Source: Plasmodiophora brassicae
Lineage: Eukaryota
DNA: 64,000 nt
Assembly: GCA_036867785.1 (NCBI GenBank)
Contig: CP145420.1
Coordinates: 744,001 to 808,000, forward strand
Direction: 5' to 3'
This document shows, piece by piece, positions 1 to 11,100 of this stretch; the stretch's first letter is position 1; every line of letters begins with the position of its first letter. The translations under genes and the position numbers were made by a program. Under the pieces are notes generated by a model. That model saw nothing but the letters and a program-made list of their open reading frames with translations, searched no databases and was not told the DNA's origin.

Positions 1-47
1 CATTCCTACCGTGAACACTTCGTTTCAGATTAAGAGTCCCATCGCTC
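1..47 (+). promoter_or_regulatory. 3' end of a copia 5' LTR (...TTTCA, ends 27) followed by a primer-binding site GATTAAGAGTCCCAT (28-42)
   Basis: CA end lies directly before the PBS and 23 nt before the gag ATG at 51. The PBS is the reverse complement of ATGGGACTCTTAATC, the anticodon arm of eukaryotic tRNA-Lys(CUU) as recalled. Confidence 0.7.
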
Positions 48-50
48 GAT

Positions 51-968
51 ATGTCGACCACCAGCACTAGCACGCCGGACGTCAGCGGCGCCGACTCCAA
101 GGACCACGTGTCGATGACCACCGGAGTCAGACTGACGGGCGCGGACAACTACACGACATGGGCGTTCGCGATGACCGCCATGCTGGACGCGCACGGGCTT
201 GCCGATTACGTGGACAAGTCCAAGTCGGCGCGTGCCACGGATGAGAGGAAGAAGGCCCGAGCCATGTTCGCCATCACGCGGAACATCGGGACGTCCCATA
301 TGGCTCTGATCAAGGGATGCACCAGAGATCCCGCTGGAGCGTGGGACATCCTTCGCGATGAATACGCCGGGAAGTCCAACCAGGACACGGCGACTCTGCT
401 GATAGAGCTATTCGGGAAGAGGCTGGACCCCTGCCCGTCAATCGAGGAGGCGAAGGCGCATTTCGAGCGCATGAACGACCTGAACTTGCGATTGAGGGAG
501 ATACAGGAGGACCGAGCACTTCCCGATGTGATCCTGTCGGTGCTCATGGCGATGCCGCTTCCTAACGACATGGAGCAGATCCGCTACGCGCGCCTTTCGG
601 GCCCGGCTGAGATGCTGACATCGAGAACTATTCGAGACGACGTGATATCGCTGCTCCGTCGCATGGCGGTGACGGATGGTGCGGCGGCCAACTCTGGCGA
701 TGCCGCGATGAATGCGAACTCGGGCGGTGGCGGTGGACGACGACGCCGGTTTCGGGGGAATTGCTTTGAATGCGGGAAGGCGGGCCACCGCGCGGCGAAC
801 TGCCGTCAGCGCGCTGGCCCGCCTTCCCGCATTCAAAGCAATTCCCCCGAAACCGGCGTCGTCGTCCACCGCCCGAGTTCGCATTCATCGCGGCATCGCC
901 AAAGTTGGCCGCCGCACCATCCGTCACCGCCATGCGACGGAGCAGCGATATCACGTCGTCTCGAATAG
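51..968 (+). pseudogene. Ty1/copia gag (N-terminal gag/UBN2-like domain plus CCHC zinc knuckle), truncated; no pol
   Basis: Motifs LTGADNYTTWAFAM, AWDILRDEYAG, LPNDMEQIR and knuckle CFECGKAGHRAANC. After about 815 the ORF reads into an inverted copy of itself. Confidence 0.85.
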
Positions 969-1035
969 TTCTCGATGTCAGCATCTCAGCCGGGCCTGAT
1001 AGGCGCGCGTAGCGGATCTGCTCCATGTCGTTAGG
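561..1035. repeat. Long inverted repeat (arms about 561-793 and 809-1035, loop about 15 nt) made of copia gag sequence
   Basis: CCTAACGACATGGAGCAG... (561) is the reverse complement of ...CTGCTCCATGTCGTTAGG (1035). ORFs 51..968(+) and 628..1128(-) share the same peptide. Confidence 0.95.
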
Positions 1036-1137
1036 CGATTTTCCAACAAAGCGCTCGTACGTTCTTGCAAACCGCTTAGAATGGAATGGTACCCCAGGTA
1101 TTGACACTATGGTATTCTCGTTAAACAATAGAATAAA
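1036..1137 (+). repeat. Degenerate fragment of the subterminal region of the local CACTA family
   Basis: AGAATGGAATGGTACCCCAGGTATTGACACTAT...GGTATT...CGTTAAACAATAGAATA (1078-1135) matches 19340-19410 and the reverse complement of 17340-17390. Confidence 0.7.
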
Positions 1138-1239
1138 CGTCCACGAACCGTCGGCCTCGGTTGACGGTTAATCCGTGTTGTGAGACAATATCGTCTGTCG
1201 TGTCGTCTCCTGACAGCGATCAGCATGGGCCCGTTCGCG

Positions 1240-1385
1240 TTCCTCTTCAGAGCCGCCGCGGCGTTCAGCAGGACGATTCTCCGCATATCGAACTTGTCGG
1301 CAACTTCAAGCGCGGTCACAACGTCTTTGTATTCGGCGGGTAAGTTGTAGAGCATAGTGGCCGAGGTCAAGAGTCCCAGCTTCAC
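1240..1385 (-). pseudogene. Fragment of a second copia gag (UBN2-like)
   Basis: LLTSATMLYNLPAEYKDVVTALE in ORF 1107..1475(-) resembles the copia gag LxxLPxxY..V..LE motif. Confidence 0.5.
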
Positions 1386-2786
1386 CGGTCTCACGCGATG
1401 TCGACTGACACAGGTCGCTTGTGTCTCTCGACGATTCATCGTGGTCGTTCTCCGAGCTCGACATAGAGCGAACATCTGCAGCGGCCGATTGGGAGCGCAG
1501 TGATCAGTACAGTCATTCGTGCCCAGCCATTCAGTCAGTGACGAACGATTCGCCTGCGTTTGCCAGACGCGTGCAGTGTGACGGCGCGGCGACTCGTCCG
1601 CGTGCGACGAGCAGGTCCATTGCCGTCGGCAGCAGCGTCGTCGTCAACGGCCTCGTCAGCCTGGTCGGATCGGTTGCCCCGTCGCTGGCGAATGGCGGCG
1701 ACGTACGTGCCCACCGTATCGTCGACGATGCCGTGAAACTCCGACGACGTTCCCTCGGCCTTGGCCGAGAGTCCAGGATCACCAGCTCGAACGCGTTTAC
1801 GAAATATGCATGTGCGCGCCTCGAGCTCAGTCCGATCTCGACGAGCGTGCGCCCCACAGCGCCGATCAGCCTCAGAGCGTGCTTATAAGGACGCGCCAAT
1901 CGATGCGTGCAGCGCCGCACGTCTCCAGTAGGTCGTTGTAACGGGCAGCTATGGCGGGCGCGCGTTTTCTGGTCGTGAGGTATAGCACCAAAGACGCGGG
2001 AGGCCCAGCGGCCGCTGATGGCTACCTGTACTACCCGTCACTGGGTCGTGAGCGCCTGGCGCCGGGGGTGCTTTGGTATACTACAAACGATTGTATTCGA
2101 CCGTTCTACGTCGGTGTGGAGTCGGAATTGACTGCACGTGCCCAAAAGCAATCCCCGCGGCGCGTGTCCAGCACATCGTCGACGACGATGACATGCTCAG
2201 CGGGGTGACGAACGGCGTCGTTTCGACCGGCGCCGACATAGGTCAGCGCGCCGGTGCCCAGCGCGCGTGCGTGATAGACGAGAATCAGAATTTTTGCCGC
2301 CGTCGACCAAGTCGGCGGGAGACGGCCACCTGTCCTTGACGCCCTTGACAGCGGCGTGCACCTGCTTCGACAGCGTCTTGTCGCCCTTTGACAATTGCAC
2401 GATCGCATTGACCGCCGCTGACTGGACTAGCAGGCCGTTGTGCAGGTCCGCCCAATGAGCCCAGCGCCTCCCACAGCCAGTGACGCTACTTGCTGCCCTG
2501 ATTGGCCGACGACAGGGGTACATCCTGCCAACTCATGTACGCATCAAGGGGCGTGACTCTGGCCGTATTGGCGCATGTCGACATGATGGTCCCGCCACTG
2601 CATGATCCATCGGGTGTGGTTGCAAGCGTCAAGGAGCGTGGCTGACCGTGATGCCAGCGGCAACGCGCTCAGTGTCATCGGGTCAGAGGACGCTGGCAGA
2701 CACACCACACCCGATGGATCATCATCATGTCGACATGCGCCAATACGGCCAGAGTCACGCTCCTTGATGCGTACATGAGTTGGCAG

Positions 2787-4140
2787 TAGGGGTCGGCGCG
2801 GTTTGGTTTCGAACCAAAACCGGCAAAACCAAACCGAACTGGAAGGTTTGGTTTGGCCTTTCAATATACGGTTTGGTCTCGGTTTAGTTTGATGGTTAGC
2901 GCAAACCGGTTTGAACCGGTTTGCAAATTTGAAACCGGTTTAAATCCGGCGTCGGGCGAATCACTCCGCCCGCCCCCCCCCCCCCCCCCCCCACCCCCCC
3001 GCGCGCTTGTTCCTGCAACGTGAAACGAAGCACCTGCCAGGCACCATGCCAGCTCCTCGCTCTACTGCGTCGCCCGGTCGAAGCGGCTCGTCGATTTCTT
3101 CGGATAGTGGCGCCGTTGTCGAGCTTAATGCTTCACGTTCTTGCCCAAATGATGAGCCACTGCCGGGATATGCTGGCGTCGTGTGATCGTGACAGCATGC
3201 TGCGAGAAGCGATACCTTCTGCACTTGAGTATCATCAAAAGTATGACCAATACCTGAATTCCGATGTAGCCTTAATTGCCAAATTTCTTGACCCAAGGAA
3301 CGCGAAGCCTGAAGGTGTGGACCTAGTTAAGTGCAGGCGGCTGATCGTCGAAGTTCATCTTATGAGCTACAACGCGTCGTCGGACGCGGAATTCCCTCAC
3401 GAGGTGCCTCATCCTGCTGCAGACGACGACCTGTGGAATGACAGCGGACACAGTGCTGACACGTACGAATAGGATATGCTTGGAACCATTGCTGCGTTTT
3501 GACATAATCTATCTATCTTAGGTTATCCCTGGACGGCATCGACAAAGAGCTATCGTCTTACATTGCAGCGGTCGACGAGAACGTGCAGCCGAGGCATACA
3601 GATATAGTCCGCTGGTGGCAAGATCATCGTAACAAGTACAGAAGGTTTTATCCCATGGCGGTGGATTACCTGGCAGCCCCAGCTATCTCGATTCCATCCG
3701 TGCGTGCTAACAGCACAGCTAGGCGGATTTTTGATGATCGTGAAACGCTGTCGAACGCCATGTTCAAAGCGGAAATTTGTGTTTCCTCTTGGATGGATCT
3801 CTTCCATCGACTCGATGTTTCAATCCCTGACGACGTCGATCAGGCCTTTCGACATTTGCAAAGTACGATAAGTTCTGCTGAGCTGCGTGAGCTGGCAAGC
3901 AGCGACTCGGTCGTCAAGCTTCTCGTCGACGAGCTGGATTATGAGAAAGGCTCGTAGATTACCATTTTCTGCGACTCATAAACCGCGGTTTGTTTAGTTC
4001 GGTTTCGGTTTAGTTCGGTTCCCAGGTCCACGATTTAGTTCGGTTCAGTTTAGCAGGCCTGAGGGCCGTTTGGTTTGGTTCGGTTTGGTTCGCTCCCTCA
4101 AAAGACCGGTTCAAACCAAACCAAACCGCGCCGATCCCTA
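2787..4140 (+). mobile_element. hAT-superfamily DNA transposon, internally deleted/non-autonomous
   Basis: TIRs TAGGG(G/A)TCGGCGCGGTTTGGTT at both ends. Dense subterminal (C)GGTTT/AAACCG repeats. GTTGGCAG duplicated at 2779-2786 and 4144-4151, with a 3 nt offset on the right. Contains a hAT dimerisation domain. Confidence 0.85.
3020..3957 (+). pseudogene. hAT transposase C-terminal remnant
   Basis: ALIAKFLDPR and DIVRWWQDHRNKYRRFYPMAVDYLAAPAISIPSVRANS (Dimer_Tnp_hAT-like). N-terminal/catalytic core missing; stop at 3470. Confidence 0.8.
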
Positions 4141-5031
4141 CAAGTTGGCAGGATGTACCCCTGTCGTCGGCCAATCAGGGCGGCAAGTAGCGTCACTGGC
4201 TGTGGGAGGCGCTGGCCCTCATACAGGGCGTCCTACACTCTCGTCGCCGGACGCGCGGGGCGCCTGCACCAAGATCGACTGGGGCTCATTCCTGGCGGAC
4301 CCGCACAACGGCCTGCTAGTCCAGTCAGCGGCGGTCGATGCAATCGTGCAATTGTCAAAGGGCCACAAGACGCTGGTAATGACAGGTGTACTTCTTCTGC
4401 AAGGGGCACTTGTTTCACTTCCTGATGAGTTGTCGCAGTTCTCGTGTTATGGGGTGGTGGTGTATGGCCGGCGTCCGGATGGAGGGATCTGGCGGCGGTC
4501 GTTCGATGTTGAGGAAGCGGTTGTTGATGTTGACTGAGGAACATATCGGGTTCAGGTGGTGCTTGCTTATCCCCAGGGCATGGTGGATCAGGGTATTGGT
4601 AGGTGCTCAAGGGGTACGACTTGGTGACCAGCCCGCCGCCGTGTTTGAAAATGCAATTTCGATTTCCACAGAGCGTACGATGACGATAGGAGTCAAATAT
4701 TATCAAAAGGGATCACGGTGCTGAATGCAATGAGCCCGGGATCTGAATTCCGCGTGTATACACGTGTCATAATGCGAACGAGGGACGGCGTTTCTCCAGC
4801 CGGCCCGCCCTCGTATGTCCACGCGGTAGACACGGCGGATAGACAGAGAGCTGCACGGCGGGGGGCCACAGACCACAGTCAGCGCCGTGAGAAGTGCGCG
4901 CAGAGACCGACCGCGGGCCTATGGCAGACGGCCGCTATAGTTCGCTATTCCTGACTGCAAATGTCGCGACCTTGACCCGTCGCCTGACTGCTGTCGATCT
5001 CGGCAAATCAGATTAGTCGGAACGCTCTGCC

Positions 5032-6884
5032 ATGACGAATGATTTCGTTGGTGGCGGCGGCGGAGGCGGCGGGCCCATGGCCGAGATGGGGCGGCGACTG
5101 TCGCTGGTCGACGGGGTACCCTCCTCCACGGACGCCGCCGCCGCCGCCCTGGCGCCTGCGCCCGCTCATGAGAACAAACCGAACGACGCGAATAATGCGC
5201 CTGACGATGCGCTGGACGAACAGGCAGGCAAAATCACGCCCAGACGAGATTCAGTGCTTAGCGCCATCCCGCCGCATGCCGATTTCGACTTCGACGATCT
5301 GTGCCAGAAGTATCGCTTCGTGCGGTTCCTTGGACGCGGTATGATCTCCAATTGTGCCCCTCGGTGCACGGAACTAATGAACGGTGCCGCTGTACAGGAT
5401 CGTATGGGAATGTCGCTGAAGCCGTGAGCGTTGAAGATGGCCGACGAGTCGCCATCAAGCACGTTGTCAATGCGTTCGGTAACGAGATGGACGCCAAGAG
5501 GCTTCTGCGCGAAATTCGCATTCTTCGTCTTCTGCAACATGAGAACATTATCGGGCTTGTGGATTTGTTGACGCCGAGGAATGCTACAGTAAGTCGGCGT
5601 ATGCTTGTCTGTAAGCCAGTGTTTAATCGCCAATGGTCGGGGGCAGGATTTCAACAGCCTGTACATCGTGCTGGAGTATGTCGACACGGATCTGGCGAAG
5701 CTGATCAGGTCGAACCAGTTCTTTTCGGAGATGCATGTCCAGTACCTCCTGTATCAGATACTGCTGGGGGCCAAGTACATGAACTCGGCGCATGTCGTGC
5801 ATCGCGACCTGAAGCCGGCCAACATCCTTGTCAACGAAGATTGCACGCTGAAGATATGCGATTTTGGCCTGTCACGAGGGATCGGGGCGCCTCCATCTAC
5901 GCCTGGAGGGGCGCGGGTCTGCGTTCGCCGCCAGTTGACGAAGCACGTTGTGACGCGGTGGTATCGGGCACCTGAGCTGATCCTTCTGCAGGAAGAGTAC
6001 AACACTGCGATCGACATGTGGTCCATTGGATGCATCTTCGCAGAACTGCTGACCATGATGAAGGAGAACGTTCCGTCGCCGGCTCTTCGCAGGCCACTCT
6101 TCCCGGGCAGCAGTTGCTTCCCGTTGTCAGCCGACAATCCCATGGCTTACACAGACCGTGTCGATCAGCTGAACGTCATCTTCGAAGTCATCGGCACTCC
6201 TGTCCGGGGAGACATTGAGGCGACGAAATCCCTCAAGGCACGAACGTACCTGTCGTCGATCCCAGCACGACCGCCAAAGGATCTATCCGCGTATTTTAAG
6301 GTATGGTTCATCGTTACTGTTGGCGTTGTCCATCTACTGATACTTCTCCCGACTAGGGTTCGTCACCTGAAGCTTTAGACCTGCTGCGACAGTTGCTTCA
6401 GTTCTCTCCTATCAAGAGGATAACAATCGACGATGCTCTTGCGCACCCGTTTCTGGCGCCAGTGCGATGCCCTGAAGCTGAGCCGTGCGCTGAGCAAGTC
6501 CCCCTACAGTTTGAGTTCGAGGACGTCCCGCTTACGACGGAGCACCTTCGCGTACTGATCGTTGACGAGATTCGACACTTCCGGCCCGAGTTTCCTGAAC
6601 CGCGAAGAAGGTCGAGCTCATCGTACGAAATGGATGTGAAACGGCAGAAGCTGGCGCCTGTGACGATTGTTGAGGAAGAGAGCGCTGTTACGCCTTCTCC
6701 AGGGCCCATCGAGGGTTACAAATCTTTTCAGTTCGCGATCCGCGAATCCCGAGAGCTCACCACCGACGATGACGATGACAGTGGCGGGCTGGGCGACAGC
6801 TCCGACAGCTCCTCCGAGTCGGACGACGACGATGACGACGACGACGACGACGACGATCGTTTCGCTGGGAGGTGTCTGGCATAA
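5032..6884 (+). CDS. Atypical MAP kinase (Pfmap-2-like, TKH activation loop); exons about 5032-5338, 5398-5588, 5647-6300, 6357-6884
   Basis: After splicing GT..AG introns: GRGSYG, VAIK, AKRLLREIRILR, HRDLKPANIL, ICDFGLSR, LTKHVVTRWYRAPE, PLFPGSSCFPLS. Acidic poly-Asp tail. Confidence 0.9.
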
Positions 6885-7310
6885 CATAATCTTAATTCAA
6901 GACTCGTAACAAATTATCGCATTCAGCGTCGGATGGCACGGGAGACAGGCCCGATAGATGCGACATGCATTCTTGGGAACGTGCCTGTCGCCCACAGTCG
7001 CTGCCTCGCAATAATCCAATGGGTCAGCCTCTTGCCATCCGATGGAACATTCTACATAGTTCGCGAGTAGTGCTCTCTGGGGAATATCAAACAACGGCAT
7101 GTTGAACATCTGTGTGCAATTCTGCGGATCCGGGCAAAAACGCGGCAAACTGCTTTTCAACCGTGGCCGAGAAAACAGCGTTTGAAGGTTCAGGACGTCG
7201 TCGACCTCGCGCGGTCGTCATGGTCCCAATCAAGCAGAATTCTACTGCACACACAGAGCCAGTACGTGCGGAACGGTCTCCCGACCTGATCATCAAACGT
7301 GAGACGTGGA

Positions 7311-7531
7311 TTAGCCATCTCTGTTGGACCGGGCGGCTCGTTTGGCCTTGACGGCGGCTTGCGCGGCTTGAAGCGCTACCACGTCCGCCGCCTTGTACAT
7401 TGGCAGATGTCGAAATTGCTCCGGCACATACTGGCTGAGTGTATGTAGTGAATCTTGCTTCACCGGGTCGACGACCCGCGGTTGCGTGTAGAGCGGCAAC
7501 GGCGCCGCCGGCCGAACGCTGTTCGTCTTAA
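7311..7531 (-). pseudogene. C-terminal end of an old Sola-like/DUF7869-type DNA transposase (continues from 18658-19140)
   Basis: LPLYTQPRVVDPVKQDSLHTLSQYVPEQFRHL fits the LY...K..DL..L..YIP.....Y tail typical of this group. It joins in frame to WRKVKIF at 18658-18680 across one TTAA. Confidence 0.55.
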
Positions 7532-7915
7532 CCCTTTATGGCTTCGGAGTTTTCGACGCAATCGTGTCGCATATAGAAACTGCAATAACTTTTTGAATAT
7601 CGCATGTAGAAACGTCCGACCAACAGATTCGAATAGAACACGACGCGAGGAGCATACAGATGGTTTCAGCCCATCCAGACGACAATTATAACAAAAGTTA
7701 GATTATGCGGAAAGTCGCTTCGACACGATCGCGTCGCTAATTTGGGCAAGCCATAACTTTATATGTAGCTGTCCAAATGGAACAGCTTTAACGGGAGCTG
7801 GTGCCACAGATCATGAGAGCGCGGCGGTATGCCGCGTCAAGGCCGTCCGGATTCCTGGATCACACACGGTTGGCGAGTTCCGAGCACCCACGGGGTTCCT
7901 CGACGAGAACGGCTA

Positions 7916-8112
7916 TGTTCATCCAGAGTACCAGTACTCAGATGATGCTGCTCAGATGCTGCTGCCACCCGGTCACATGATCATGACCGTACTCGACCCC
8001 GCAGCGGCCCTTGCTGTGACGATCCTGTCCAAATACATCAGTTCGTTATATCACCAGGCGCCGACTCTTGCGACCGACCGCCCCCGTAGTGGGCAGCGGC
8101 GGCGTTAGCACA
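7916..8112 (+). repeat. 5' LTR (197 bp)
   Basis: TGTTCATCCAGAG...GCGTTAGCACA; identical by eye to 13055-13251. Confidence 0.97.
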
Positions 8113-8155
8113 GAAGCTTCTTGCGCAAAGAGCCCCAAGCAAACGAACTCACTTA

Positions 8156-11100
8156 ATGGCAGGAGGTGGCCGCAGAGCGCCCGTTCGTCTACAGATGGAG
8201 GACGACGCCAGGACCAACTCCGACGCCGAGGCCAAGGAGCATGAATCGTCGACAGATGACGAAATCGATCGAGGGCTTCAGTCAACAAACCTGCACGGTA
8301 AGAGCCCGATCTTTATGCCTTTGAAACCGCCCATCCTACGTACCCTGAGCCTTACGGCCAAGGACGGAATTAACGATTTCCTCAAGAAATATAGGAAACA
8401 CGTCGAGATCGTTAACGAGCGCCGACTGATCTACAAGGAGGATATTCATCCGCCAACGGTGAAGTCATGCATTACCGAGGACGTCCTCAGAGGGATGTCG
8501 AAATATCGCCTACGTCAACCCGCCAGCACGATCACGGATGGCGACATCATGAGCTACTTGAGGTCAGTCCAACGCAGGGAGGCTGATGTCGAGAGTTCGA
8601 CAGACATCAAGACGCTTCTCACGAAGACAGTGGTCATGAACCTGTCAATCAAGAGTATTGAGGAACGTGTCACGTCTTTCTTCGCCAAGTTCGATGAGCT
8701 AATCGACGACTATGGGCTACAAGACACATACGCCAAAGGAACGAAAGGAACCAAGCGCAAGATCAAGGTATTACGCGGAGGTATCCGTCCCACTGACCTT
8801 GCGGTTCTAGTCGAACGCGCGATCGAGTTCGGAGGGTGCAGGGACGCTGAGAAGGACGAGCTCAAATTCTTCGACCTCGTCGACCGTCTTGCCAAAGAGC
8901 AGGACAAACACTTCCGGCTGCAAGCTGAGAAGAAGAAGTCTCCAGCGCAGACCATGTCCCCACCTGCAGGTAAGAAAGGTAAGGACGTTGTTGCTCCGAA
9001 TAGGAATGGCGGCAAGCATCCGACAAATCCGATCGGACTGAAGACAGCTCAATCGTCCACATCGCAAACGAAAGACGAATCGAGGGACATCCCCGAGCAC
9101 ATCCGAAAACGTTTCGAAGGTAAGGATCCTCCAAAGGCAGGTTGCCTAATCTGCAAGGAGCAGCACTGGGTCCAAGTGTGCCCGAAGGCAACTCAAGGAG
9201 AACGCAAAGCTGCCATTGAAAAGTTCCAGAAAGAGCGCAAAGAGAAGGAGGAGAGTAAGGGCAACGCAGACACGGCAAAGCGCATGGGCCCGCCGTCGCC
9301 GTCAACACCGTCCCCTATGAGACTTCGCTTCCAGAACTCGCTCGACCTTCCATTCGAAGCCGATAGTGGTGCGACGAAGACCGTCATTTCGCAATCGCAA
9401 CTGCTACGGATTCAAGCCATCCAGCATGTCCCAGTCAAAGTGTTCGACCATCCAACGGAGGCGAAACTTGCAACGATCGGGGCTACGACAACAATTGTCG
9501 CCACAGCGATCGTGGACATCACCATTGTCCCACCTTCGCATGGCAAACCTGCACATCTACGCGGGCGGGAAATCAACGTATGTCGCGAAGACCTATCTGA
9601 TGACATTGTCCTTTTAGGAGCCCCGGAACTGGACGCGTTGGGTATCAATCCAGCTACACAACTGAAGGAGATGTTAATCGAGGCAAATGGTCCTATCATC
9701 ATCGAAGCGGATCCGACCCCGGAACGTCACGCCCCAGGTGGTCAAGGGATCACGATGAGAGCGGTAAGACACCCGGAGGTAAGTGGAACAACTCGCGATC
9801 ATGAGCCCCAATTGGACACCAATGATCCGGGTGACGACTATGATGTCGAAATCGGAGAACACTCCGATACAGACGTGGACAGGGCAATAGACCGGATGAT
9901 ACAACGTGCAACTGACTCCGGTTTCCCTAACGATCAAGTCCCGCGTCTACGCACAACTGTCAATCGACACAAAGACATATGGCGAACGAAGCTTGGCCGT
10001 GATCCACCTGCGAAAGTAAGTCCACTGAAACTACACTTCAAAGCAGATGCTCGTCCTGTTCGTTGCCGAACACGAAGGTATACCCTCGAACATCAAAAAT
10101 TCATGGATGATCACGTAGGAACCTTGGCGGAAAACGATTTTGTGTACCGCAATCCGCACAGCAGGTACGCGTCGCCGTGTCTGGTCGTCGACAAGAAGGA
10201 CACGGAGGTTCGCGGCCATCGGCTGACCGTCGACATCAATGAAGCCGTCAACAAACAGACCGAACGCATTGCATGGCCGATGCCTCACATCGACATCATC
10301 CTGACCTACCTACGTTCCGCGACCATCTTCATGCTGTTCGATGCCTTTAAAGGCTATTGGCAATTTCCGTTGCACCCTGATTCGCAGGAGGCCTGCTCGT
10401 TCATGACGCACATCGCCACGTTTACACCCAGGCGCATCATCCAGGGAATCGCTGATTGCGTGTTTGCGTTCCAGGCGGGAATGCAACAGGTGTTGGGGAA
10501 ACTTCTATATATCTGCGCCCTACTCTGGATCGACGATATCCTCGGCTACGTATCTGGATTCGGAGCCTACATGGACACACTCGAATCTCTTCTCAACGCT
10601 TTCGACGAGTTTGGAGTTAAACTCAACCCTGATCGCTGCCAGTTATATCTCACTTCAGTGACATGGTGCGGTCGCGTTATATCCGCTGATGGAGTGTCGT
10701 TCGATCGCTCGTATCTCAACGCCTTGCACGATCTATCAACTCCTATCACGGCTGCTGATCTCCAACAGTTCCTCTCGGGCCTCAATTGGGTCCGTTCTGT
10801 TATCCCTCAATTCGCGGCACATGTTCATCCGCTACAGGATCTACTTCTGTCCGCTTCTCGTTCTGTCAGCAGTCTGAAGAAATCACACCTACGTCGAGTT
10901 CGTTTAGCCGACATCGGCTGGACCACTGACCATCTCACCAGTTTCAATTCTCTGAAGCATCGTCTATCGGAGGCCATGACGCTGGCGCACCCCAAGGACG
11001 AATGGATCATGTGTCTCTTTCCGGATGCGAGTGACCGTTTCTGGTCTGTTTTCCTGTCGCAGATCCCTCCGGAAGATATTGATCTCCCGTACGGTGAGCA

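Larger units (their letters stand above)
2371..4375. repeat. Inverted duplication: left arm about 2371-2588; right arm about 2723-2786 plus 4144-4375, split by the hAT insertion
   Basis: CAGCGTCTTG...TTTGACAATTGCACGAT (2371) is the reverse complement of 4340-4375. GGGGTACATCCTGCCAACTCATGTACGCATCAAGG (2515) is the reverse complement of 2762-2786 joined to 4152 onward. Confidence 0.85.

Noticed and set aside
1421-2370. Overlapping ORFs between the copia and hAT relics
   Set aside because: No recognisable motifs; probably decayed repeat or gene fragments.
2790-2945. Clustered GGTTT/AAACC repeats resembling telomeric or CRISPR-like arrays (also 3980-4130)
   Set aside because: Irregular spacing in both orientations next to hAT TIRs; these are subterminal transposase-binding repeats.
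2973-3000. Poly-C runs here and at about 47648-47668 (possible G-quadruplex on the minus strand)
   Set aside because: Simple homopolymers of unreliable length, with no supporting context.
6897-7300. Possible termini of the Sola-like element here and at 24660-25140
   Set aside because: No convincing TIR pair or 4 bp TSD found.
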